DNA of 64,000 nucleotides, taken from the NCBI GenBank assembly GCA_023460055.1, contig JAEWRJ010000015.1:2496-66495 (forward strand), in the 5' to 3' direction. Origin of the DNA: Bacillota bacterium (GTDB taxonomy: Bacteria; Bacillota; Clostridia; Christensenellales; Aristaeellaceae). The first letter of the stretch is position 1. Each line of letters begins with the position of its first letter. The position numbers were made by a program, and so were the translations under genes. The notes beneath the pieces were generated by a model, which saw nothing but the letters and a program-made list of their open reading frames with translations, was not told the DNA's origin and searched no databases. Positions 35,635 through 44,144 of the stretch are shown here, in pieces.

Positions 35635-36762
35635 ATGAAGAAGTTGTTATTAGTAGTGACTATAGTATCAATGCTTATGAGCACTGCAACATCAGTTGCA
35701 TACTTGTCTGATGGAACATTCGGGATAGAAAACATTCCAAATGATATAGTCGAAATTATTGATGGAAGTCGGTGGAGAAAGTGGGAAGTAACGGGGTGGG
35801 TTAATCCTAGTGGGTTAAGGAAAAATAGCGCATGTGCCTTTGCAGTCGTAAAAAGAGGCAGGGAAAATGTCCTATTGGCATTTGGATGGGATAATGGTTG
35901 GAAATATAAATGGTTCAACCCGGCTGCTCTTCCTCAAGTATATGAACCTATAATGTTAGTTGACACAAGCATTGATTTACAGCGAGAAAAAGGATTCAAT
36001 ATTGGATTTATATCCTTTTACAGCGTAAATGGAGAATCGGCTGAAAAATCATGTATATGGGGACTGGAAAGCGACGGCGCATGGAGGCTGTATCATTTAA
36101 CCAGCATTGAGCCGTTTATGATGTTTGATACATCCAAAGATAATGCAATTCGTTTATATGATGTAGGATGGGTTGATGGCGAAGAAACTGATGTTTGGGT
36201 ATATGGAAGCTATCAGAAGAATTTGCGGTTTTTTAGCCTTCGAGAGTTTCCAATGTCAGTAAAGCAAGCTCAGGAGGCTTTGAGTAATCCTCCTTCTATT
36301 CCAACAGGAAACCTAACAGCGCAGAAGATTCAATTTTCTGGTGGCTTGAAGTATAAGGTATATCAGGGACCGGGTGAAGAGTATGGACAAGCGGGTAAAG
36401 GTAAGGCTGTTGTCAGCACGAACGATTGGATTCAGGTCTTTGGAGAAGAAAATGGATGGATTTTTATCCAGTATGATATAACAAGCGATCATATGCGTAT
36501 GGGATGGATAGAGGCGAGTGCATTACCTAAAAAGGCTTCTGTAAACGAGCTTTTTTACTCACCAATAAGTGCAATAACGACTCATAACACTAACCTGACC
36601 GATGATCCTTTGTTCTCGCAATCAGGTATTTCTGTGCTTCCTATATCCACTCAAGTTATTTGGTTGGCGACAATGGGCCAGTGGGCCTATGTGGAGGTTA
36701 CTGAATCACAGCCAATTCGAGGATTTGTGCATATCAATTCTCTATCTATTTATATCAAATAA
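35635..36762 (+). CDS. Secreted protein with two C-terminal SH3b-like modules; same architecture as 33077-34141
   Basis: Signal peptide MKKLLLVVTIVSMLMSTATSVA-Y. SH3b-like ...NGWIFIQYDITSDHMRMGWIEASAL and ...WAYVEVTESQPIRGFVHINSL. Confidence 0.75.
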   Translation: MKKLLLVVTIVSMLMSTATSVAYLSDGTFGIENIPNDIVEIIDGSRWRKWEVTGWVNPSGLRKNSACAFAVVKRGRENVLLAFGWDNGWKYKWFNPAALPQVYEPIMLVDTSIDLQREKGFNIGFISFYSVNGESAEKSCIWGLESDGAWRLYHLTSIEPFMMFDTSKDNAIRLYDVGWVDGEETDVWVYGSYQKNLRFFSLREFPMSVKQAQEALSNPPSIPTGNLTAQKIQFSGGLKYKVYQGPGEEYGQAGKGKAVVSTNDWIQVFGEENGWIFIQYDITSDHMRMGWIEASALPKKASVNELFYSPISAITTHNTNLTDDPLFSQSGISVLPISTQVIWLATMGQWAYVEVTESQPIRGFVHINSLSIYIK

Positions 36763-36777
36763 CCTTGATGTGAAGTT

Positions 36778-36814
36778 GGGGCCCCATCCGTTGGAGAAAC
36801 GGGTGGGGCCCTTT
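36778..36814. terminator. Long hairpin shared by a convergent pair
   Basis: GGGCCCCAtCCGTT-ggaga-AACGGgTGGGGCCC followed by TTT. Confidence 0.7.
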
Positions 36815-36861
36815 ACTATTTATACTAGTATGGCCAAATGACTCTATCAATAATACCCTGA

Positions 36862-37773
36862 TTAAATATAATAACCACCATTACCAGCTGTAGGGATATA
36901 AACTTTCTTTTCAGAACCATCACCGACAAGATTTGACTTAACTCGATAAACCCTACAATTTGCAGCAGTGAGCGCTTTAAAAGCATTGTTTTGATTATCG
37001 GTATTACCGCAGACCCTACACCCAAACTGACCGCCCACTGTAACATTACTACTCACTGCAAGCGTCACATGGGTATAAGGAGTCGGCGTTGCCGTAGCCT
37101 TGTAGGTATAGACCAAGTCACCAGGCTGTACCTGATTATACTCCACCTGCTGCACAAAGCCTTTGCTAATAAGCCGATCGAGCCCACTTTTTGTAAGTTG
37201 CCACTTACTATCAGACCATCCTGAAGGAGCGCCGGGAAGTGGATAGTACCAGCCGTTAAACATGGGAGCACCACCGGCGACAAGGCATTGATGTACAAAG
37301 TCAGCACAGTCATTATCACCGTTGATGGTTGGGAATGAGCTATTACGCTTCGGACAAGCAACGTTGCCAGAGTTGTCAGAGTGATTAAGTGCGTAGTTGA
37401 CTGCATTATTGGCACTAAATGAATATGTTTGTGTGCCCCCGCCGCCGGGAGGGTTGCCGCCACCGCAAGAGGGGTCTGAGGGGTCGAGATGGCGTCCCAT
37501 CATGTTTTCAAGAGCTTCAAGCGATTTCTTGCCGAAGTAACCGTCCGCGGTCAAGCCTCGGGAAGACTGGAAGTTGCGTACGGCGGAAGCTGTATTATTA
37601 CCATATATACCGTCAGTACCTTGTGTGCTGAAACCGCGATTTGATAATTCCTGCTGCATCAGTTTAATTTGAGAATGAGTTGTTTTGAGGTCAACTTCCC
37701 AAGAACGAGACCCGGCATGGATTTCACTCAGGGTAGTTCTACTATTATTGCCGCTACCAGTTATAGTTGCCAT
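36862..37773 (-). CDS. Leaderless PG_binding_1 plus Amidase_6-like protein; N-terminus paralogous to 30167-31081
   Basis: MATITGSGNNSRTTLSEIHAG... PG_binding_1: LMQQELSNRGFSTQGTDGIYGNNTASAVRNFQSSRGLTADG. Amidase_6-like NDCADFVHQCLVAGG ... YTHVTLAVS. SD AAAGGAGAA upstream. No signal peptide. Confidence 0.75.
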   Translation of the reverse strand: MATITGSGNNSRTTLSEIHAGSRSWEVDLKTTHSQIKLMQQELSNRGFSTQGTDGIYGNNTASAVRNFQSSRGLTADGYFGKKSLEALENMMGRHLDPSDPSCGGGNPPGGGGTQTYSFSANNAVNYALNHSDNSGNVACPKRNSSFPTINGDNDCADFVHQCLVAGGAPMFNGWYYPLPGAPSGWSDSKWQLTKSGLDRLISKGFVQQVEYNQVQPGDLVYTYKATATPTPYTHVTLAVSSNVTVGGQFGCRVCGNTDNQNNAFKALTAANCRVYRVKSNLVGDGSEKKVYIPTAGNGGYYI

Positions 37774-37831
37774 TTGAGTAATTCTCCTTTGTTTATGCTA
37801 AGGCAGTTGGCGCCCCTTGCCTTGCAATGAA

Positions 37832-37866
37832 AGAGTAAGGCAATGATGCAGTTGATGGGAGTGAAG
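37832..37866 (-). promoter_or_regulatory. CTTCACT-N22-TAnnnT motif upstream of hydrolase gene 36862-37773
   Basis: The minus strand reads CTTCACT (37866-37860), 22 nt, then TACTCT (37837-37832). Confidence 0.45.
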
Positions 37867-38071
37867 AACAGCGAAGAAATAAGTAATTTATATGAAAGAA
37901 ATATGCATTGGGGACAAGTAAAATATACAGTTACGAATACATAGGCGCTAACGGCTCTTTCAATGTACCTAACGATTATATGTACTATTAATCAGGCATT
38001 ATGCTTCTATAAAACAGGCATTATGAGTCGTTCCTGTGCATCGAGTAGAACGATAGAATGTGCTGGGGTGA

Positions 38072-38425
38072 TTGATGATGCCTGCTAAGGCAAGGGATCT
38101 CTCTGGCATTGGGGGAGTACTAAGTAATGCAAGGAGAGTTTTAGGACTATCACAGGATAAACTAAGCGAGAAATCTCGGATTAGTATTAGACACATTTCA
38201 AAGATTGAGAACGGTGATGCTGACCCGTCATGGAGCACTTTGTGCAAATTGCTTGAAGTGTTGAGAATTGACGCCAATTTACTGTTCAATCTCAATCCAG
38301 ATATTGATCTGGATGACAAGATAAAGAATGAGCTTACCTCTATTTTTGATTCTTGTAACAAACCGAATAAGCTGAGATTAATTAGGATTGCAAAATGCTT
38401 GGCTGATGAGGATTTTGGTACTTAG
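38072..38425 (+). CDS. XRE-family helix-turn-helix regulator
   Basis: LSNARRVLGLSQDKLSEKSRISIRHISKIENGDADPSWSTLCKLLEVL is a classic HTH_3 pattern. The exact start (TTG 38072, ATG 38075 or ATG 38078) is uncertain. Confidence 0.75.
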   Translation: MMMPAKARDLSGIGGVLSNARRVLGLSQDKLSEKSRISIRHISKIENGDADPSWSTLCKLLEVLRIDANLLFNLNPDIDLDDKIKNELTSIFDSCNKPNKLRLIRIAKCLADEDFGT

Positions 38426-38458
38426 CAGAGTACCTTGACTAATAAATGGAGGATATGA

Positions 38459-39022
38459 ATGCCGGGTCGGCGGGATAGGGATAATCTGATAACATCGCTC
38501 TACGAAAAGTACTATGATTACCTGGTAAGCTGCTGCTGCAATAAACTCAGTTCTTATAGCCATGAAATGCATAATATGATTGAGGACATCGTACAGGAAG
38601 CTTTTGTTGTAGCAGTTGATCGTTATGACCAGTTGCAGAACCATCCAAATAAAGTTGGTTGGCTGCTTCAGACTTGCTACTACAAGATGAAGAATGAGAA
38701 TACTGAAATTATCAAAAGGCTCAAGGCTAGTGCGTTTTCGATTGATGAAGATGAATCGCCGGACTTAGCTGATCCCAAGGACGTAATCAAGGAGCACGAT
38801 GATGAGGAAGAAACCACGGAGCTGATACAAGCCATCAAGACAACCATTTCACAAAGGGATATGCTTCTTTTTGAGGAATATTTCGTTAAAGATCATTCCG
38901 TAAGTATTACTTCTGCCAATACTGAACGCACGGAACATTCTGTTAGAAACTCTATCTATCGTATGCGTCAAAAGGCAAAGGAAATTCGCAAAAAATATTT
39001 CTCGGAAAGTGAGACTTTTTGA
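38459..39022 (+). CDS. Sigma-70-family (ECF-like) sigma factor, paralogue of 44892-45452
   Basis: Region 2-like DIVQEAFVVAVDRYDQLQNHPNKVGWLLQT. Region 4-like TERTEHSVRNSIYRMRQKAKE. SD TGGAGGA upstream. Confidence 0.7.
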   Translation: MPGRRDRDNLITSLYEKYYDYLVSCCCNKLSSYSHEMHNMIEDIVQEAFVVAVDRYDQLQNHPNKVGWLLQTCYYKMKNENTEIIKRLKASAFSIDEDESPDLADPKDVIKEHDDEEETTELIQAIKTTISQRDMLLFEEYFVKDHSVSITSANTERTEHSVRNSIYRMRQKAKEIRKKYFSESETF

Positions 39023-39076
39023 AATGCATGGAAATAGTGTATTGGGGAGGGATGCAACATTAAGGATAGCAAGCTA

Positions 39077-39925
39077 TTGCCGCAAAAATATAACCTAAAC
39101 GCTATCAATGAGATGATGAAAGACGGCCATCTGACAGAAGATGAGGCCGATGCTTTGCTTATGCAGTTAATCCAGCAAGAGGAGTTAAAATCCTATGATC
39201 AGCAAGACTTTTCAAAGCTTGCGGCATATGAAAAGATGCTTTTCGAGCTGAGGTCTGGAAGACCTCTTGCTACAAGGAAGGAGGAAGGCAGAAAGAAATT
39301 AGATAAGTATTTATCGGAACATCCTGTAAAGAAGCGTAGCTTTCAACCTGTCTATCGCATGGTGATTGTATTGGCATCAATGGCTTTGTTGGTCGCTGCC
39401 ATAGAAGTGATATTTCCTTTGGAATGGCTACATGGCAATCCGAGCAATGATCAGCAGCAGTACATCATTCAAGGCGAAAGCATTGATCCTCAAGTGATCG
39501 CTCAAGGCAAGGCGGATGAAAATACTTCTGACGATAGCATAACAACGACCAACCTTGATGAAGCGATCAATTTATTGGGATATACGCCTCAATATCCAAG
39601 ATGGATACCAGAGGGGTGGAAGATATTACAGATAGACGCTAAGCGTTCTAAAATGACAGACTATATCTCAATAGCTTATAGCATAATATCTACTGATCAG
39701 ATTCTCAGATATGATGAAATAAGGTTTAAGGATGCTGACCAAGCGATTATTGAGTTTGAGCAGAATGGCATAGGAAAAAAGATGAATGTAGCAGGACAGG
39801 ATGTATACATGACCATGAATACTGATGCGCCAGTTTGCATCTGGCAAGTTGGTTTGATAAATCGATCAGTGTTTGGACCACTAAGTGAAGAGGATATTAT
39901 TAAGATAGTAGCATCTGTAAGATAA
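39077..39925 (+). CDS. Membrane anti-sigma-like protein with a DUF4367-like extracellular domain
   Basis: Single TM MVIVLASMALLVAAIEVIF. C-terminal PRWIPEGWKIL...W..G...S..GPLSEEDIIKIVASV matches the DUF4367 pattern as I recall it. The start (TTG 39077 or ATG 39113) is uncertain. Confidence 0.6.
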   Translation: MPQKYNLNAINEMMKDGHLTEDEADALLMQLIQQEELKSYDQQDFSKLAAYEKMLFELRSGRPLATRKEEGRKKLDKYLSEHPVKKRSFQPVYRMVIVLASMALLVAAIEVIFPLEWLHGNPSNDQQQYIIQGESIDPQVIAQGKADENTSDDSITTTNLDEAINLLGYTPQYPRWIPEGWKILQIDAKRSKMTDYISIAYSIISTDQILRYDEIRFKDADQAIIEFEQNGIGKKMNVAGQDVYMTMNTDAPVCIWQVGLINRSVFGPLSEEDIIKIVASVR

Positions 39926-39937
39926 GAGGAGGTTTAT

Positions 39938-40336
39938 ATGACTAATAAACGTTTGATAATTCTAGTGGCTCTTGTAATGATTCTTTCCATTTCCGCTCCT
40001 ATAAACAATATATACGCATCAGGAGCCGAGCCATATGCAAGTCCAGTTTTTGCTTCAGCTTCTGTTAGGCTATATAGTGATTTTTCCGTTAATTTTTACG
40101 CTAGTACGCGAGTTGTATGTACTATCTCGGTCACTAGTTGCGTTATGCAAAGAGAAATTAACGGTAGTTGGTCTGATTTCAAAGCCCTCGAGGTTCCTGA
40201 CGGAAAAAGTAATGCAATTACGTATGATGTAGACAAAGACTATGATTCACCATCTAGCGGGAAATATCGTATCAAAGCTGTTTTCTCAGGTGGAGGTGAG
40301 ACAGTAACGAGATATTCGTTAGCTATAACAAAATAA
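39938..40336 (+). CDS. Small secreted protein (Ig-like?)
   Basis: Signal peptide MTNKRLIILVALVMILSISAPINNIYA-S. SD AGAGGAGG upstream. Last gene of the XRE-sigma-antisigma operon. Confidence 0.65.
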   Translation: MTNKRLIILVALVMILSISAPINNIYASGAEPYASPVFASASVRLYSDFSVNFYASTRVVCTISVTSCVMQREINGSWSDFKALEVPDGKSNAITYDVDKDYDSPSSGKYRIKAVFSGGGETVTRYSLAITK

Positions 40337-40701
40337 TAGCTTAGTGGATATCCGGCTTTATTGTAAGAATACAATAAAGTCTTTTTTATTGCACGAAATG
40401 ACTATTGAGCTACGTACTATATAGTGCTATGGTATTTGACTTTTGTAAAAGAGTGATCGAGGCTGAGCAAAAGCTCGATTTCTCATGCTGTAAAGTTGTT
40501 TACCTTCTTTATGCATGCAATGATGCTATGTTATCTAACCGCTTCTGCGGACTATATAATCGAACCAAACGATAAAGACTCATCTGGTCAGGAAGCCTTG
40601 TACGTTGCAGAGTATGAGTTCCAACAGTTATATGCAAGATCACAGGCTGAGTTTTCTAGCGTTCCGCCGTACTCTTTTACTTATCACTTGATATACTCTG
40701 A

Positions 40702-41330
40702 AGAGAAAACGCAAATGTATGGGTATATAGCTTTTTCAGGTATCCTTCTGATGAGTTTATTGCCAGGCGTGACTGGCGGAGGCTTGCCCGTGACCGAAAG
40801 CCAAGGCGATATAAGATACGCAAAGCGCTTCGGCAGCAGTTGAACTATGTCAGGCGTAACCTTAGTTATCTGGAAACAATCCTGAACATTCACCCGGAAG
40901 CGCTGAGTGTGAAAGGCCTGGATTGCTTTTTATGTGATACAGACGATGTATGAGCAGATATACAAAATAATGAAATTGTTGAGCTGAATTTAACGGGATA
41001 TTATGATGATATGTTCATTGAGTTTGTTAACTGCATTGTGTGGGATGATGGAGGAGAAGACTAAATCACTTTCTTATTATATTTAATAATCATTAGAGAA
41101 TGTCGATTCGGTACGGGCTTGATCTGCGCTTACACAGCTGGAACGTAGCAACGAAATGGACATCCATGCCACTGTTCTGAACTGCGGCTTGATCCGGGGG
41201 ACCCAATGGGATTTGACTTTGACCCTTAGAATCATATGATGTGTTAATCTCAAGTAAGCTTGGCCCCTCCGGATTTGCTGATACAAATACCTGGAAGAAC
41301 TAATTCTCTCCAAACACAAATAACCGAAAT
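40702..41330. mobile_element. Degenerate IS5/IS1182-like transposase remnants: two frameshifted fragments in opposite orientation
   Basis: Plus-strand frame 40702-40953 reads ...ARRDWRRLARDRKPRRYKIRKALRQQLNYVRRNLSYLETIL...LS, continuing after a frameshift as YEQIYKIM. Minus-strand fragments read ...LPGICISKSGGAKL and ...PRIKPQFRTVAWMSISLL. Both resemble the middle and C-terminal parts of IS1182-type transposases from memory. No intact ORF. Confidence 0.4.
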
Positions 41331-41368
41331 GATGCTTTCAGATCCTCAATAGATGAACCCCGCACAGT

Positions 41369-42406
41369 TCATTGTATCAGATTAGCCTCTCCCGTTCCCG
41401 CATTTACAGACATGCGATACACCACTGTATCACCCTCATAGTACCTCACCTCATACACAGGGGCCTCTCCTTCGTCCCGGAAGAACATAACGCTGCGTTT
41501 AAGGGAATTATGTGCATCAATATTTACATTTCCTAATGCATACATAACTTGATCAGCCGCTTGCTTTGCCTCATGCACTTGTACTTCATCCTCCCGAGGC
41601 AGGCTATGCCTATGAGATAGGATCGTCTTAGCAAACGGGGGAAGCTCACCATACTTTTCTAACTCACGCTGATAATTGCTTATGAGCACATCATAAAATG
41701 ATTGCTGATCTTCAAGCGGCCAATATCTAAACAGGATTTGATTCCGCTCAGCTCTCCATTGAGCATAGATATTGTACATGCTGCTGACATCATCGCATGA
41801 TACTTGAACATATGTTTCATTAAATATTTCGGCGCTAAAAACCGGGACGCGGGGATAATCATCATGATAAAAGCTTATCGTCCATAGGGGCGAGGGGTCA
41901 TGCCGCACATACATTGCTTTCGCGGTACATTCATCCAGCATACTGATATCACAAGGCAGAAGACCTGCGCTGTATTGCTCAATGATCCCTTCTCGTGCCA
42001 TAGCAACTGCTTCTTCTTCACTTAATCCGTCCTCAGGCGGCAATAGATATGATACTTGATTTTCCAACCCGCTTTCAAAGGCCGCTACACTATACCGATG
42101 GCTTTGTTCCAGTGTCCAATAGCGGTTAGGGCCATATGCCGCCTCACATATCGCGAAAAAGGCAGAGATTGGCGATGACCATTGATATTCATTCAATTCA
42201 TCCTTTTCTGCGATCAAGCCGTGCTTTTGAGAAAGTTGTAAGAATACGCTCTGTTCATTCTCGCCCCATGTTTCAATGCTGATTTGGCTTGTCAGCTTAT
42301 TCAGATCGGTAAAGAATCCTTCAATATCTTTAGTCGATGTATCCGAATATGCGATGGAATACGTAAGGATCATCGCCATGACCAGGCAAACCACTCTTTT
42401 CACCAC
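41369..42406 (-). CDS. Secreted protein with a C-terminal PepSY-like module; third gene of the ECF operon
   Basis: Signal peptide MVKRVVCLVMAMILTYSIAYS. The C-terminus ...EAPVYEVRYYEGDTVVYRMSVNAGTGEANLIQ is PepSY-like. The start overlaps the anti-sigma stop. Confidence 0.65.
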   Translation of the reverse strand: MVKRVVCLVMAMILTYSIAYSDTSTKDIEGFFTDLNKLTSQISIETWGENEQSVFLQLSQKHGLIAEKDELNEYQWSSPISAFFAICEAAYGPNRYWTLEQSHRYSVAAFESGLENQVSYLLPPEDGLSEEEAVAMAREGIIEQYSAGLLPCDISMLDECTAKAMYVRHDPSPLWTISFYHDDYPRVPVFSAEIFNETYVQVSCDDVSSMYNIYAQWRAERNQILFRYWPLEDQQSFYDVLISNYQRELEKYGELPPFAKTILSHRHSLPREDEVQVHEAKQAADQVMYALGNVNIDAHNSLKRSVMFFRDEGEAPVYEVRYYEGDTVVYRMSVNAGTGEANLIQ

Positions 42407-43440
42407 GTTCCGTTCCCTCCCTCATTTTTCTCGAGGACATATAGTCCTTCCCGTCTGATAAATAGCAATCGCTCCATAACCTCCCCTGTATCTATATCGA
42501 CAAGCTCCGCACGGATATTTTGCGGGAAAGCCTGCCCGTACTCTTGGTAAGGCTGAATGACTGCTCCATCCTGATCATAAAATATCACATCCAGATTCCG
42601 TACGGCAAATGGCAGGGTTTGGTACCGTGTATCGACCTCTATGTCCGCATAGGTCCGCAATGCTGTCTTTTCAAAGCCTAACCGTGTTATTACAATATTG
42701 GAATGCTCAAAATGGATCGGCTCCTGTATGTGTACAATGTCTATCACATCTGTGATATCAACGGTGAAAGGTATCTGCAGCTTCTCACGGATGATAGTCT
42801 CTCCCTTTAAGTAAACAACCGCGACATTCATGGCTGCATCAACAGCAGCGGAGTGTGACTGATGTCTAAGTTCAGCAAGGAAGATCATCTCTCCTTCGCC
42901 AGGCTTTTGTAAATGATAAAACTCATGGTTACCCGCCCCGCTTACCAACTCAGCCGTAACCATATACACAGGGTCAGAGCTCTGCTTATCACGAGCATGA
43001 CGTTCAAGATCAATGCTATCATCATAAAAATCAATCTGCGCGCGCGCTTCGGTTGTTATAATTCTAAGCCCTGCGGTGAGTACACGCGCATCAGCAATGG
43101 CTTCAAACAGCTCGATACGCATGCTGATGCCTTGCAGATCCGCGGCGACAAGGCTCTTATTGCTTTCAAGATCATTATCCTGATGATAGGACATGCTCAT
43201 AGAATCAAATCGGTCTGCAAGCCACGCGCTTATAGCGGATCGATGATACCAGGCAAGCGCAGATCCGGTTACAGTCAGTATGAATACGACCAGCACGGCA
43301 ACCAATACACGTTTTTTTCTGTAATGGCGCGTTGGTCTTATTGATTGCCGAACGATATCTCTGCTGCTCTCTTTGAAAACAACCTCTGATAATGATCCGT
43401 CAATTGTATTTGTTACTCTGTATCTCATATTATTATCCAT
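42400..43440 (-). CDS. Membrane anti-sigma-like protein
   Basis: 346 aa with a single TM VLVAVLVVFILTVTGSALAWY after a short cytoplasmic N-terminus. The start overlaps the sigma stop by 8 nt. Confidence 0.6.
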   Translation of the reverse strand: MDNNMRYRVTNTIDGSLSEVVFKESSRDIVRQSIRPTRHYRKKRVLVAVLVVFILTVTGSALAWYHRSAISAWLADRFDSMSMSYHQDNDLESNKSLVAADLQGISMRIELFEAIADARVLTAGLRIITTEARAQIDFYDDSIDLERHARDKQSSDPVYMVTAELVSGAGNHEFYHLQKPGEGEMIFLAELRHQSHSAAVDAAMNVAVVYLKGETIIREKLQIPFTVDITDVIDIVHIQEPIHFEHSNIVITRLGFEKTALRTYADIEVDTRYQTLPFAVRNLDVIFYDQDGAVIQPYQEYGQAFPQNIRAELVDIDTGEVMERLLFIRREGLYVLEKNEGGNGTW

Positions 43441-43945
43441 TACTAATCACCTCCTTTATTAAGGATTCAGCCTTTTTAATTCGGCGTTGTACTGTTGAGT
43501 GCGATACCCGGATAACACCGGCAACTTCACGTATTGTGAGGCCCTGGTAATAATGGAGAAGGATAACGTCTTTATATCTTATTGGTAAGTTGACAATGCA
43601 GGAAAAGAGAGAATCTCTATCTATAATTGCGTCAAGGTCATGGTTAGCATCCTCCAGCTGCATCGTATGAACAGGTATATTCATTCTCTCTTTGCGGTAC
43701 CATGAGGATCGGAGAATGTCTTTACATGTATTTACGGCAATGCGCATGATCCATGCTCGCTCAAAATCAATGACCGGCAGTTTATCAATGTTTGCGGCAA
43801 CTTTTACAAAAGTATCCTGAGACGCATCTTCAGCCAGCCCCCGATCACGCAAATAGACACAGCATACCCGGGCAACAGAGTTCCCGTATACACTCATAAT
43901 TCTCTCAATTTCCACGTTTACATTAACTTCATGTTTTTGCGTCAA
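43433..43945 (-). CDS. ECF sigma factor
   Basis: TTG start after SD GTGGAGGG. Region 2 AEDASQDTFVKVAANIDKL...WIMRIAVNTCKDILR. Region 4 LHYYQGLTIREVAGVIRVSHSTVQRRIKKA. Confidence 0.8.
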   Translation of the reverse strand: MTQKHEVNVNVEIERIMSVYGNSVARVCCVYLRDRGLAEDASQDTFVKVAANIDKLPVIDFERAWIMRIAVNTCKDILRSSWYRKERMNIPVHTMQLEDANHDLDAIIDRDSLFSCIVNLPIRYKDVILLHYYQGLTIREVAGVIRVSHSTVQRRIKKAESLIKEVISNG

Positions 43946-43964
43946 TTACATTGCCCTCCACTTA

Positions 43965-43993
43965 TATAACGAAATAAAACCGGCTTTGTCTCA
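43965..43993 (-). promoter_or_regulatory. ECF-type, presumably autoregulated promoter of the sigma/anti-sigma/PepSY operon
   Basis: The minus strand reads TGAGAC (43993-43988), 16 nt, then CGTTATA (43971-43965). It sits about 10 nt upstream of the SD of the ECF sigma gene. AAC-like -35 and CGT -10 with a 16-nt spacer is the canonical ECF geometry. Confidence 0.55.
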
Positions 43994-44052
43994 TTTTCTG
44001 AAATGTTTTTTGTCTGTATAGCTTCGGGTTTTTGCGTGTAATATGTTTATTC

Positions 44053-44087
44053 CTTCACTCCTAACAAACGTTGTAAGCGAATATACT
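44053..44087 (+). promoter_or_regulatory. CTTCACT-N22-TAnnnT motif upstream of gene 44145-44585
   Basis: CTTCACT (44053-44059), 22 nt, then TATACT (44082-44087). Confidence 0.45.
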
Positions 44088-44144
44088 TCAGTCGTGGAGC
44101 AAGCCGGCCAGCATTCTACAAAATAATTAACTACGGAGGTAATT

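Noticed and set aside
40496-40843. 115-aa plus-strand ORF
   Set aside because: It has no convincing SD, and its 3' third is an off-frame read of the IS-transposase fragment. It is likely a remnant or fusion artefact.
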